Below are positions 14,161 to 27,641 of a stretch of 64,000 nucleotides of DNA, piece by piece. A program made the translations under genes and the position numbers. Origin of the DNA: Octopus vulgaris (lineage: Eukaryota); NCBI GenBank assembly GCA_951406725.2, contig OX597816.1, positions 85,002,001-85,066,000 of the forward strand, read 5' to 3'. The stretch's first letter is position 1, and each line of letters starts with the position of its first letter. The notes under the pieces are model-generated. The model worked only from the letters and a program-made list of their open reading frames with translations, did no database searches and was not told where the DNA came from.

Positions 14161-15481
14161 GTAATATCAAGAATATAGATAAAAAGACAGACCAAGAAGA
14201 CAACAGAAGGTCCGAAGCCGATTTGAACAGACGACAATCTGATGCTTTAAAAGATTTCTTACATGTTGACTACATCTTTACTGCTTACGTATGATAAAGG
14301 CTCCTTTCGTGTAAAGCATCTGCACAACCATTTTAATTTCGAATGTTCTGAAACTTTCTAGGAGTAAATTAGTCGTGCATATAATTCTATAAAATGCATT
14401 CAAAACGTTTGTTGAGTAAGTACCCTTATATTTCTGAGTTTTCTCATAAAATTGTTTAGTAACTGAAATCATTCTAGAGTGCGAACTGAAGACCTGAATA
14501 TTATTATAGCTTACCATAAAAACATTCTACTTCTCTTTGCGTACTTTTGGCGTACACAGAATTTTTTTTATGAGAATTGAAAATATTTATAAATAACGTA
14601 ATGCATAATTGCTATCAAGATTTTTTTATGTTTCTTCCTCAAACAAAAATCTTTATACTTACCGCAAAGTTTTTTTTTTTATTAGCATTTATTTAGTTTT
14701 AGAGTATTCGGTGAGCTAAAAAGCCTACATAAAGGGAAGTTAACCATAAAATCATCTTTGTATAATATTCGTGTAATATGTTTCTAAAATTATGGGTCGT
14801 ATGATTCGTCTATACATTTATGGCATTAGCAATGAAATCTCTTTGACGATATTATGGTTTTTACCGTAGGCAATAGAACGAGATCTGGATAATTTTCCCT
14901 CACAATTCTGATTTTTCTTTTATACCGTATATATAACGCCAATATTGTTATGGTCTGAGCTATTTCCTTGCCATTTGAAATCATGATCGATGTATCTGTC
15001 GTACAAACAGAACTGGAATGTAATTGAGAGAAATATATTCGAATATATGAGGGAGATAATTCCTGTTTGATGGGTTTGCATCACATGTCACATACTGTCG
15101 TCTAGGATAAAGTACTTAATTCTTCTTACCTAATATAAATCATGTATAGTTGGTTTTGAACTGTAATATAATCCACAGTGCAAATGTACACTGTGCAAAT
15201 CGTGTCACAAATAACCAAGAAAAGTTTTATTTTTTATAGAAATTGCATGATAAACTCCTGTCCCCCTCTCTCTTACATATAGATATAAACGTGTTTTATA
15301 CATACCTATGTATTTGTGTGTGTTTGCGTGTATATATAGCTAGCAAGCTAGATAGATATGCGTATTATCATGTGCGCACGTGCAGACGTGTGCATAACTT
15401 TATTTTATTCTCCTCTTGGCTTCGTTTCCTTTATGCGATGTGTAGCTAAATCGTCAGAAATGTTCTTTATCTTCTTTCTAT

Positions 15482-15845
15482 GTCGGTGAGTTGGCAAAAT
15501 GTTAGCACGCCGGGCGAAATGCTTAGCGGTATTTCACCTGCCGTTGCGTTGTGAATTCAAATTAAGTACCAGTTGCGCACATGGGTCGATGTAATCGACT
15601 TACTCCCTTTGTCTGTCCTTGTTTGTCCACTCTATGTTTAATCCCTTGTGGGTAGTAAAGAAATAGGTATTTCGTCTACGTTCTAAGTTCAAATTCCACC
15701 GAGGTCGACTTTGCCTTACATCCTTTCGGGGTCGATAAAATAAGTACCAGTTAAGCACTGAGCTCGATATAATCGACGTAATCCGTTTATCTGTCATTGT
15801 TTGTCCCCTCTGTGTCTATCCCCTTGTGGGCGGTAAAGAAATAAG
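15482..15845 (+). mobile_element. tRNA-derived SINE with internally duplicated 3' half
   Basis: GGTGAGTTGGCAAAATGTTAGC head; central domain GAGGTCGACTTTGCCTTACATCCTTTCGGGGTCGATAAAATAAGTACCAG; the tail TTGTTTGTCC...CCCTTGTGGG..GTAAAGAAATA occurs twice. Confidence 0.85.
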
Positions 15846-16260
15846 TAATGTTCTTTATCTTCTTCCTTTATTGTTTTACGTTCTCATTTCAAATCACTCT
15901 GTTCAACTCCCTTTATTCAAACCAGAAACAACTATTAGTGATATTGTTGTTTGTAGAGTTTATTATTGTTCCTTTCTACGTCCTATTTGATACCTTGTAG
16001 GACCGAGTTCAATTTATAGGCCTAGATCACTATAGGAAAAAAGTGTCACTTCAGTGACAACATTGCCATACTATCAGAGCTGTTTGAAGTAATTCAAAAT
16101 AATATGAGTGGCTTCTGAAACAAAAGCAAACAAGCAAACAAACAAAAAACACGGCAATCAAAAAGAGCATTTTAAATTAAAAGGTGAGTCAGGACTCCCT
16201 TGACCCAAATAAATACGCTCCTCCGAAAATGAAAGAAATTGAAGACGGTAAGGGAATGGG

Positions 16261-16312
<52 letters not shown>

Positions 16313-16365
16313 AGAGAAAAACCTGTATTAAATTCAATAATGAAACATGTTATATTCCCTGCTAT

Positions 16366-16398
<33 letters not shown>

Positions 16399-16794
16399 AT
16401 GTAAGAAAAAAAAACATCATTACCCCCTAGCGAACAAAATGCAATCTCATTTCAGACATCTTTAGTAGAAATTTCTGACAGGCAGTATGCAATTTTGTTT
16501 GTTAACAATCCAAAGGACGAGGCTAGTTATTTGTCTACCGTAAAGCACCAAGTCCCAATGGAAGAATCTAAATATCTGGCCTCGAACAAAATAAGGGACG
16601 AAGCAGTTTGGTTAATCAAAATATTTTAAATACCAGATATGTGGAAATTAGACGCCCGTTTTGAAATAAAACTTATTTTAGTTCGTTTATGTTTTATTAC
16701 AATCTTTTATTTATTCTGTGTAGGATAATGATATTTTCCGAGTTATATGAACTCTTAGTGGCGCTTTTTCGGTTTGCGTGCTATACATATTCAC

Positions 16795-16970
16795 AGCCAG
16801 TCCGTAGCAGGATTATTCATTGTTGCTAGCTGAGTGGACTGGAGTAACGTGAAATGAAGTATTTCGTTCAGGGACGCAACGTGTCACCTACTCCATGAAC
16901 CGAAACCACAATCTCACTCTCCCTAAGACACCCTAAAGATACCTAAACACTAAGTCATGCAAACCCTCAC
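16795..16970 (-). mobile_element. CORE-like tRNA SINE
   Basis: Plus strand shows AGCTGAGTGGACTGGAGTAACGTGAAATGAAGT...CGAAACCAC, homologous to 59871-60130. Confidence 0.75.
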
Positions 16971-17330
16971 TTCTATGTAGTTGCATGTAATTATAGTTGT
17001 ATTTTCAAAGTTTTCCCTTCTTAAGTTGGAAACGGCTTTCTTCTGTTTTACATGGCCGTTACTATGGTATTAATGAAATTAGGTAGATGGTAAAGGTGTC
17101 TTCATATTGCTAATATGTTGTCGTGTTTTCATTTACTAGTTATTGTCCTCGGTATTAAAGGTGTACAGCATGGGTTTGCTGTTGAAAAGTGGTAAATTTA
17201 GGGAGTTTTGTCGCACATTGTACCTTTCATTTCATCTTTCATTTTTATTTAACTGGAATATCCTAAATAAATTTATATATACATTCCTTTTAAGGTGTTG
17301 TATCAGTTACTCTATTATCTTGTATCATCG

Positions 17331-17438
17331 AGACTTCATCGGGTGTCTTGGCGAAATTTCGAACCAGGGTTCTCATTTCTAAGGTATTTTTCGATGTAAG
17401 TATCATCATCATCATCATCATCATCATCATTATTATTT
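17331..17438 (-). mobile_element. Truncated copy of the hammerhead-bearing tail seen at 33475-33620, with its trinucleotide tract
   Basis: Reverse complement CATCGAAAAATACCTTAGAAATGAGAACCCTGGTTCGAAATTTCGCCAAGACACCCGATGAAGTCT aligns with 33475-33540 and is preceded by (AAT/GAT)n. Confidence 0.8.
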
Positions 17439-17441
17439 TTA

Positions 17442-17660
17442 AGGCAGCATTCTGGCAGAATCATTAGCATGACAGATAAAATACGTTGAGGTATTTCTTC
17501 TAGTGCTGAGTTAACATACGACCGAGGTCATCTTTTACTTCCATTCTTCTAGTTGTCTATAAAATAAAACCCCAGTCATGAACTGGGGTCTATGCAATAC
17601 TGAACATCCCTCCTCCCATCAAAATTATTAGTTTCGTGTCAACATAAGAAACAGTTATTA
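17442..17660 (+). mobile_element. Degenerate SINE, same family as 15482
   Basis: AGGCAGCATTCTGGCAGAATCATTAGC head; CCGAGGTCA...ATAAAATAAAACCCCAGT...ACTGGGGTC. Confidence 0.65.
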
Positions 17661-20124
17661 TCATTACTTGCATTTTTGCGGTCGTATTATTATTCAATTC
17701 TTAACCAATTACGTTCTGAGATTAGTGCATCTCATTGGACTTGCTACAAAATTAGAACTTGTGTGGATGTATTGACAATGTATATGTTATGTAATAAAGC
17801 CACCAAAATTAGATTTACTTTCACCTTTTATACATGTATATATATATATATATATATACCTCCAAAATCACAAGCATTATGTATCAATAAGAAAATCAAA
17901 GTATAGGAGATAAGATAGAAATATTGAAATTACAACAAATGTACCTAAAGGTTTTGGCAATGATGCACTTAATTGAATTAATCAAGTAAATTATATGCCA
18001 CAGTATATTAACATTTTTAGAAGGCGATTTGTTTGGTTTAAGGGATGTACATAAGAATTACCATATTTAGCTTCGAGATCGGGCATATTAATAATTAGGA
18101 AATCAAAGTGCTTGTAGATATTCTGCTATTAAAAACAGTTCCAAAATATATATATGAATGTCATACGAATATAGTATATTTACATAATTTACATTAAAAA
18201 TATTAATGTCTTTTAAAGCCTCTAACTGTCAGAGGAGAATTTAAAAGTTGAATTACAAGGACCTATCAGAAGGATTGGAGTTGATACAATGTTATTTTCT
18301 ACAGAAATCTCTAATGAAATATTTGATAGAGTAGTATGTATTTTTGACTATTTATTAAAAAATAATCAAAGCATCATCTGGTAAATAAAAGCATCCAAAC
18401 CGGTTTTGCGTTCATGTTTGTTCGCATCATTGAGACGATACGTGTAGAACTCTCAACTGTCTGCTCTATCAACTTCAATTAAGTGCTGATAGGCAGCAAT
18501 GTGCTATAAAGAAGCTTTCAACCGTTAGTTATAACAATTATTCTTCAAATCAAAAGTTGTGTTTCAAATAAGGAAGATGATGATAGACCCGATATCGTAG
18601 GCCAATATATTCCTAAGAAAGACAAGAAAAAAGTGCTAATAATTGGAATACCTCTGATCACATCATAAATCTGTTTTATAAGAATTGACTTGTGTAAACA
18701 AAAGCAGGAAGAATATACAGATCTGTACTGTTGTTTCAGTATGTCTTTTGACTAATAGTACTGAGTAGAATTCGTTGAGAAAAGCTATGGGCACAAGCTC
18801 AGCTTCTTATTCAAACGAAAATTTATTTCACGTGCGCATTTAGATCATTAAAATATCGCTTCTTTTGTATTATAACACGTAGTAGTATTGAATACTATTA
18901 TGAACTTTTGGCGCTATAAAATGGTTAGTAAGAACAACTCTTATTTGTAATAAATCACTGACGTTATGTGAGTTCATATTTTGAAAATGAAACAGTAATA
19001 TCATAAGGGTTCGAAAATATTGAATTGAGTTTCATTTGTATTTTTAAAATGTCAAAACGTCGTGTCCCATTTTGGTTCACAAGCAATTCTTGTGTTTCTC
19101 AGATTTGGATTAAGCATTGTTTATATAATATTGACGTCTAAATGCGACAAGGTTATTTGAATTTATTAACGAACTGTGTATTCACTGAGATGATTGTAAA
19201 AATAAGCCTCGCAACTTCAGGGATCAGATATAGGTAATTAAGCTATACAAAGTATAGGGGTTGTACTTATTTTGCTGCACTCAAATAATTAGAGATTAAA
19301 ACATCAAAATCAACATTGCAAAGAATTGAACTTCTCGACGCTTTGAAAACAAATGAAAGCGATGAAAATCGAAGTCAAGGCGCACGTAGTTCGTGAGTGA
19401 GTTCACTACACTGCTATTTCGGCCAATCTAATTCCGTAAGGTATTTAATACAAGGATTCTAACATCGCCACACTCCTACTGAGTGCTGTTGATTGATACA
19501 ACTCTTAGACATTACTACTATTTATACTAATACATTAAATTATTCATTTCTGAATGTTCATTCAGAAATGATTTTAACTGAATGTCATGTGTCTGGTGAA
19601 AATATTGGTGTTGTGACCAATGGTTGTAGGTTCGATCTGTTTCTATTTGTCGAAGTATTTTCTAACTATAAAGCTTTATCGAAAATTCAGTCAACAACGT
19701 TGACTAATTTGCGCCGGTAGATTGCCCGAACGAGGAAAATAACGCAATGTTAGCACCAAGCAGTTTTTAGGCATAAGCAAAGTTTAAGTTAGTTAAAATA
19801 TGTTTGTGATATATTTCAATTGCTAAAAGGCAAATTCCTGGCAGTTACCGTGAGAAAAATATATCTTTTGTGGTAAAAAAGGTGTGAAAACAGCTGGTTT
19901 GTTCAGTGCCGCAATCGATCAAGAAGCCCAGACATCGATGTTTTGAGATCTTTTTTTTAGTTTTTACTCTTGTTAATGTGATGTGCCTAAGAGAGGCAAC
20001 TCTGAATAAACTATACAGGCAACAATGTCTGGCCTATTATGTATGCAGAATGCTCCACCAATATTAGATACACAAACATGGCAAATTTAGCCATTTCTCC
20101 GCTGGCTGAAAAGAATAATGATCA

Positions 20125-20167
20125 GCCTTAGTTGGCTTTCGTAACTTACTGGATTCTCATCAGAGGC
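20125..20167 (-). ncRNA. Type I hammerhead ribozyme
   Basis: Minus strand: GCCT-CTGATGA-G(AATCCAGTAAGTTA)C-GAAA-GCCAAC-TA-AGGC. Perfect stem I GCCT/AGGC, all core nucleotides present, 2-bp stem III, CUA triplet. Confidence 0.7.
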
Positions 20168-21199
20168 GTCTTCATCAATATGCCCAAGCCCAGAGAAACA
20201 GGAGGCTAGTTTGCCTATATAACCAACAATTACAGTAGCTACAGCAAACTGGAGCTACCAATTTGCATTCTATAAGTGTTAACACATTATTTAATGTCAG
20301 GATCCTGTCAACGGAGATCTAAGTGCACACAATATCAGTTTCATACAATACATATAATGTATATCGTAGAGACATAAACACGGATAATCTAGCTATTACT
20401 TCAGTCCATCGCCAACATATATTCATGAAATATGGCATCATCTTAGAGAAGAGACACATAGGCTAGTTACAGTTATTCCTACTTACCAGCGTCTATGCAG
20501 TGAAACGGTAATTGGCCTGTCGGAATATTGTAACCAAAGATATCATTGTCAACGGTGTATCATAAAAGTAAATACATATCAACTCTAATTTATTCTGGCA
20601 TTCTAAGACTTATGTCACAACAAAACCGTTATGATATTTAATATTTAATATTCCTACCGTGTCTGAGTATATTGATTTTAAAACTTTTCGTCCGTGGAAT
20701 ATATCAGAGAGTATGTATGCGAAATTGATGATATTTGCATGCAAGTCTATTTGTTTATACAAACGATATTTAAATATTGTAATTCAAAATAAACAAACAA
20801 AAATAAATACTTAATATTCGAAGTTGATTTTATTTTCAAATGTTTGGATATTTTACGCAGCGTTAGCACGCAAGGGCTAGCAGAGAGCCAATGAAAGCTT
20901 CTACAAAGAGAATTATGTTTAAAGTAAATTTCGTCTAAAATGTGATAACACCAAAAAATTGAATCTGAAGCAAAGCGTGCACACACCAACAACAACATTG
21001 ATACTTGTATGTATGTACATACAAACATATATACACACATACATACATAGAAGAGAGAGAGAGAGAGAGGGGGAGAAAGAGATATAAAATGTGCGGTGAA
21101 TAAATTGTCGTCTAAATTACGCAAAAATGAAAATAACTGACGTCTCATTTTAATAGATATGTTTACCAAAATTACATTGAAATATCTTGGAACACTAAA

Positions 21200-21560
21200 G
21201 AGTAGATTTATTCAATAAAATCGCCATTGGCTACAGTCACGGCCTCCAAACGATTTCGGAATCTCCTGCGACTCTTCTGGACGGTCATTTCGAAATTGGT
21301 GAATAATGCCATAATCCTTGTCTTCAGTATATCTTTGGTGTTACAAGGAGTTTTGTTGGCCTCTCACTCAACTGTGCCCCACACATAATGACCAAAAGAG
21401 TTACAATCTGGTGAGTTAGGTATTCAGATCTTAGGGGTGATGTGGTCACAGAAATTGGCTGAAAACCATGACTGTGTTCTCCTACTTGTGTGGCATGGTG
21501 TAGAGTTCTGTTGCCAGAGATAGGGTCTTCCAGCAGCCACCCTCATGAGACTGGGATATA
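21200..21560 (-). mobile_element. Tc1/mariner-family transposase 3' fragment
   Basis: Minus strand gives PNSPDCN..DHYVWGTVE-like and RRFRNRLEAVTVANGDFIE*. Confidence 0.7.
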
Positions 21561-21658
21561 TATCTATTTTTGTTTGCATCTCTCTCCCTCTCACCCTCTA
21601 TATATATATGATATATGATATATATCTATGTTTATCTCTCTCTTTCTCTCTCTCTCTC

Positions 21659-21723
<65 letters not shown>

Positions 21724-21726
<3 letters not shown>

Positions 21727-22045
21727 GTATTAAATTAAGAGGTGAAAATGGAGAATTAGTTGTTAATATTTATATAATAAGAAAATAATAATCATTTCTT
21801 CCTACAGCTGTTTCCGTTGGTATTCACTGAATAATCTACAAACGTATGCATTAAATTTGCATTTATATCTGATGAGTAAAATGTCATGACTAAAAGATTA
21901 CATGCTGATCTATCTGTTTATTCCAACAGTCTGAATATATGGAATTGCTTTATTTTCCATTTATATATGTGCGTGAGTGTTAAGGGATTAATCTGAATAT
22001 GATAGAATAACGTAAAAAAATAAGTTAAGATTAAACAAGGAGTAA
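21724..22045 (-). mobile_element. PLE terminal repeat, left arm of an inverted pair; hammerhead core damaged
   Basis: Reverse complement aligns with 23520-23872, including GAAACAGCTGTAGGAAGAAATGATT. Terminates at (TA)n 21662-21723. Confidence 0.7.
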
Positions 22046-22619
22046 ATTAAAAATAGAAAATAAAACATGAAATAAAAATGAAATAAAGTAACATAAATAC
22101 CCTAAATATCAAATAAGGTAGAATATAATATATACTTATACAGGTACATATGTACATATAGACATGCTTATGTAAAAATATACATAAATATATACATACA
22201 TACTCATATGTATGAAGAGACTACATACGGACTTTTATATATTAATACATGCCCATTGGTTGAAGTAATTTAAATTTGTGTATATGCGGTTAAACATTTG
22301 AGGAAAATATCTTATCATAACGGTATATCAGTATATGCATGTGTTCAGAATTATATGGTAATAAGACTCACATATACATGCATATATATACGTAGAAACA
22401 TACACACATACATGTATGTACATGAACAAGGCATACATACAAACACTCAAACATAAGCATTATACCATTCAACTCAATAGTATTTGTTTATACTACAGTA
22501 TAATTAAAATTATGCTTAGGTTAAATTCATTTACTTAAATTAATATTAACATAATGCATAGGTATATATCTCTCATATAACGATGACGATGAATATGCAT
22601 TATTTGTTTACATTATCGA

Positions 22620-23090
22620 TAGATAGAGATGTGGAGCATTACATCATCATAATTGGTGTTTATAGAAAAACTACGGAATATTCTCAGTACGCAAGAATTT
22701 AGTTCATCTCTACTAATTAATTAATAAATATTCTCAATTATTGTAAAAATTTATATTAACATAATATAGTAGGCCGCATATAGTGTATATCACAAGAGGA
22801 ATATTCTGTATTATTCACTTTTATATAAATATAGAAAAAGTATATTATATTAGCTATAAGTAGAAATCTGGTGCGTTACATCATCACAATTAGTGTTTAT
22901 AGAAATAGTTACGAAACATATTCGATACATAATGATTAAGTTAATCTCTATAAATTGAAAAATAATTATTATTAATTAGTTTTTAAAATTTTATTGGAAC
23001 TTTAATTATTAATGTAAAATAATAAAGTTGAATATATTATATATTACAAGAGATGTAATCGATAATATTCATTTAGGTATGAATATAATT
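22620..23090. repeat. Diverged direct tandem repeat, ~238 bp period
   Basis: TTACATCATCA(T/C)AATT(G/A)GTGTTTATAGAAA at ~22639 and ~22876, with colinear downstream similarity. Confidence 0.75.
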
Positions 23091-23230
23091 CTGCACACAC
23101 GCATATACTGATAAACCGTAATGATAGATATTTTCTTGAAACGAGTAAAAATATATACACAAATTCAAATTGCTTTAAACAATTGGATTAATATATATAA
23201 AGTCCATTTGTAGTTTCTTCATATGTATAA

Positions 23231-23294
<64 letters not shown>

Positions 23295-23386
23295 GATAAG
23301 AAAATGGAGTGTTGGGTACTTCACTAGCAGTATATTGGATATACGTTATCCCATAGAGGGTTGCATTTACAACCCCTATCTCAATT

Positions 23387-23447
<61 letters not shown>

Positions 23448-23519
23448 ATATATATGTATGTATATTTTTTATATATACATATCTATATGTACATATGTAC
23501 CTATATGTTTATATATTAT

Positions 23520-23872
23520 ATAATTCCTTGTTTTATTTTACTTCTTATTTCATTTCGTCTTATCTAATTTACTTTATTATATTCAAATGAATCCGTAAAC
23601 CCTCACGCAAATACATTCAGAAGAAATAAAACAATTCCATGCATTTAGTCCGTTGGAATGAACAGATAGGGCAACATGTAATTTATTAATGCTTAACATT
23701 TCCCTGATGATATTTTGCTCATAACATATAAATGAAAATTTAATGCATAAATTTGTAATTAATTCAATGGTTACAAATTGAAACAGCTGTAGGAAGAAAT
23801 GATTAGCAATTCATTAAAAATACACATTGACCACTAACTCTCCATTTTCTTCTCTGAATTTAATACGATTAT
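23520..23872 (+). mobile_element. PLE terminal repeat, right arm of the inverted pair
   Basis: Inverted homologue of 21724-22045; contains the hammerhead at 23700-23795. Confidence 0.7.
23700..23795 (+). ncRNA. Type I hammerhead ribozyme with expanded stem II domain
   Basis: Stem I TTCC/GGAA; CTGATGA 23704-10; 69-nt insert ending in hairpin AATTTGTAAT...GTTACAAATT; GAAA 23780-83; palindrome ACAGCTGT; GUA triplet. Confidence 0.65.
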
Positions 23873-24548
23873 ATACTTAATATTTACCTATTGATTTAGG
23901 GAAACTTTATTTCTGACACAGATAAGTTATACAACCAAGTTTTTCTTGGTTATAATCATCCCTAAAGGAGGTTAATATATCCTGTAATTAAGTTATATAA
24001 GAGATAATGGTGTCATTGAGACCCAAAGGTGTCAGGAAATGCTGAATAAGTGCCATAGACAGATCATAGTTAAGTTCCAGATTCGGTAATATTGCGAATA
24101 TAGGGTTCAACGATGGTTCTATGACAGCATGTGTATATAAGAACTTTTTGCGTAATAAGATTAAAAAAACCAAGGCATATATATGGTATATATGCAATAT
24201 TCCAATATCCTTTGAGTAAAATCCAAAACTCAAACAGAGTTTAATATGAGTCCTTCCAAATATAGAGTTTATAAGCAATGTAAGATTCTCTTATGAATAA
24301 GAACCAGCAGATTTTAAAACTTGGTCATTCCCAGTAGGGGATTTATATACCTTCCCTCGATAACATAAATATCATTCTATCTTTAATCGATCCACCATGA
24401 AACTATCTTATTCAAACTCACCTAACTTTGAATCTATTGTAGCAGATCTCTCTTTACTATCACAACTCACATAACTACAACTCTACTAATACAAATAATC
24501 AACACACATACATATCAGGCATAGATACCCTTACATTTGGACACATGG

Positions 24549-25280
24549 TATTCTCCATTTGAAGCAATGCATCGATCTAGGCTCGTTTTCCACTGTTTGT
24601 AGCAGCACTGGAAATCTTGCGATGTGATGCCTTTTAACGCCACCGTCGTTTTTTTTATTCGCTTCTTCCACATCTGAAAATTCCGTAGCAGCAGCTTTCG
24701 TCCCATGTGATGACCTACAGAAAAAAGTCCCAGATCAACTTCCAGCTGTTCTTTCAGTTTACGACACGCATTCAGTAGTGACAGTTTCTGATCTTCTGTG
24801 AGAAAGCGAGGTACAAACGTTGCTGCAAGTTTGTTCATTCACAATTCCTCGCTCAAAATTCATTGGCAAGGGGTCCAGCACACACTAGTTATATCAACAG
24901 GTTCATCAATTGTATGATGACGGTCCTCAGAAATCAGTTCACGAATTTTCATGATGTGCACTTGTGTTATGCGCATAGCAGAGTCTTTGTAAGCTGTTTG
25001 AAGCAAAAGAACTGTTTCTGCCGTCGTTTTCCCAGCAGAAAACAGAATTTCATAGAAGCACATTGTTTCTTCGTTTTAACCATCGCAAAAATCGACGAAC
25101 AGGAGAGAAGCACTGCAAAACAAAGACCGACCACGTGGCAGCATGACACCATTGGACAACGCCTGTCGGCAAACTAATGCCTGTAGGTCGTATCAAGTGG
25201 CTTCTAGTGGCGGAAGCGTTAACCACAACAGGCTTGTCCCACAGGGAGCATTTCCGCTTATTTTTGGGTACCTCTTCGTA
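24549..25280 (-). mobile_element. Internally deleted mariner (Mos1/Hsmar-like) transposon
   Basis: MKFCFLLGK..., LQTAYKDSAM, EDRHHTIDE, ATFVPRFLTEDQK and QWKTSLDRCIASNGEY. TA-initiated terminus TACGAAGAGGTACCCAAAAA at 25280. Confidence 0.85.
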
Positions 25281-25489
25281 CTACAACCACTATAGATGAT
25301 GTATTTTATAATCATGATGATGATTATGCTAACAATAGGTAATGACAATGATTTTAATCAAGTTGGTGATCATGAAGAGATCCTTTCCTCTGCTCTTCAT
25401 AGGTAACGTCTCAAAAACTGACAGTAATATAAACGATCTTTCATGAGTAAGATGATAGTTTTCTTGGAGATGACCTTAGCCATGACAAT

Positions 25490-25895
25490 AATAACGATGA
25501 TTATAATCGTAGAGATTATTTTGAATTTGATAATAGCGGTGATCAAAATGATGATGATGATGATAATGATGATGACGATGGTGATGATTGTTAAGCTGCG
25601 TATGGTGATACTGATCTTTATTATCGTCCATATGGCGAAAGCAGTCATTATCATCAAGTCGATAGCAACTTTGATGGGGTAAGTGATGACTAAGTTGATG
25701 TGATGAATTTTAAGTAGTGGTAGTAGTTGTTGTTGTGGTGGAGTGGTGGTGGCATTTTGGTGGTGGTGGTGATAGTAGTAGCAGTGGTTGTGGTATTAGT
25801 AGAAGTAGTAGTGGTAGTAGCAGAAGTAGTGGTGGTGGTGGTAGTAGTAGGAGTAGTAGCAGCAGCAGCAGAAGAAGAAGAAGAAGAAGGAGAAG

Positions 25896-25927
<32 letters not shown>

Positions 25928-26320
25928 GAAGAAAAAGAAGAAGAAGAAGCAGAAGAAGGAGAAGAAGAAGAAGAAGAAGAAGAAGAAGAATGAGAAGAAG
26001 AAGAAGAAGGAGAAGAAGAAGAAGAAGGAGAAGAAGAAGAAGGAGAAGAAGAAGAAGAAGAAGAAGAAGAAGAAGAAGAAGAAGAAGAAGAAAAAAGAAG
26101 ATGATAATGATGATGATGATGATGATGATGATGTTGATTCTGATGTTGTTAATGTTCAATATCATCAACATCTTCATTATCATCATCAGCAGCAGCAGCA
26201 TCACGACGACGACGAAGACAGGGGTTGTTGACGCAGACCACAAACACGATGATGTTGATGTGTTGATGATAATGGCGAGTGAAGATCTTGCCGACGACGA
26301 TGATAATCGCAATGATAAAA
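25490..26320. repeat. Compound trinucleotide tract (GAT)n/(GGT)n/(AGT)n/(GAA)n/(CAT)n
   Basis: Read directly; it is the source of the poly-L/R/E ORFs. Confidence 0.95.
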
Positions 26321-26589
26321 TGCGATAATTAAAAGTAATGTTCTGGTAATGCTTTGCTGCTACTAGGAAGGAGAATGTTGCCGTTACATATTGGAGTTCT
26401 GCAGAGTAAGTAACGGTGGCTAATGTCACTTCGCATAAATAATGAATTCAGTAAGGAGTTAAATAATAATTAAGCTGATTAGAAGGTGTGATGCAGACAG
26501 GCTGGTGAATTCTAGACCTGAATTTAGTAGCAATTCCGGAGACAGGAAAACGCCTTGTATAACACACATATAGCACAGACTCAGACACG

Positions 26590-27305
<716 letters not shown>

Positions 27306-27641
27306 AATAGAGAGAGTAAGAGTAAGAGAAGGCAAGATAGGTAAAGACTCTACATGAATTAAATCGTCAAGTTAAACTTTGACAATTAAAGTGTGTTAAT
27401 TTCTCCCTTTTCTATTTTCTTTTATTCCATTGTGGCCCTCTCGGACTCACTCGCATTAATTATTTCGTTCTCTCCCTCATTTTCCTCAGTCTTCCCCATC
27501 TCTCTCTCTCTCTATCTCTCTCTTTCTCTGTCTCCCTCTTAGACGCAACACGCACAAATATTTGTTGTCAAAACCTTCCAGGACTTGTTATGCTTAATAA
27601 AAATAAGTCAAATAATACATACATACATACTAATTTACATA

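Noticed and set aside
17900-18500. Possible further ancient PLE RT remnant (LVDILL)
   Set aside because: A single weak motif is not enough to call it.
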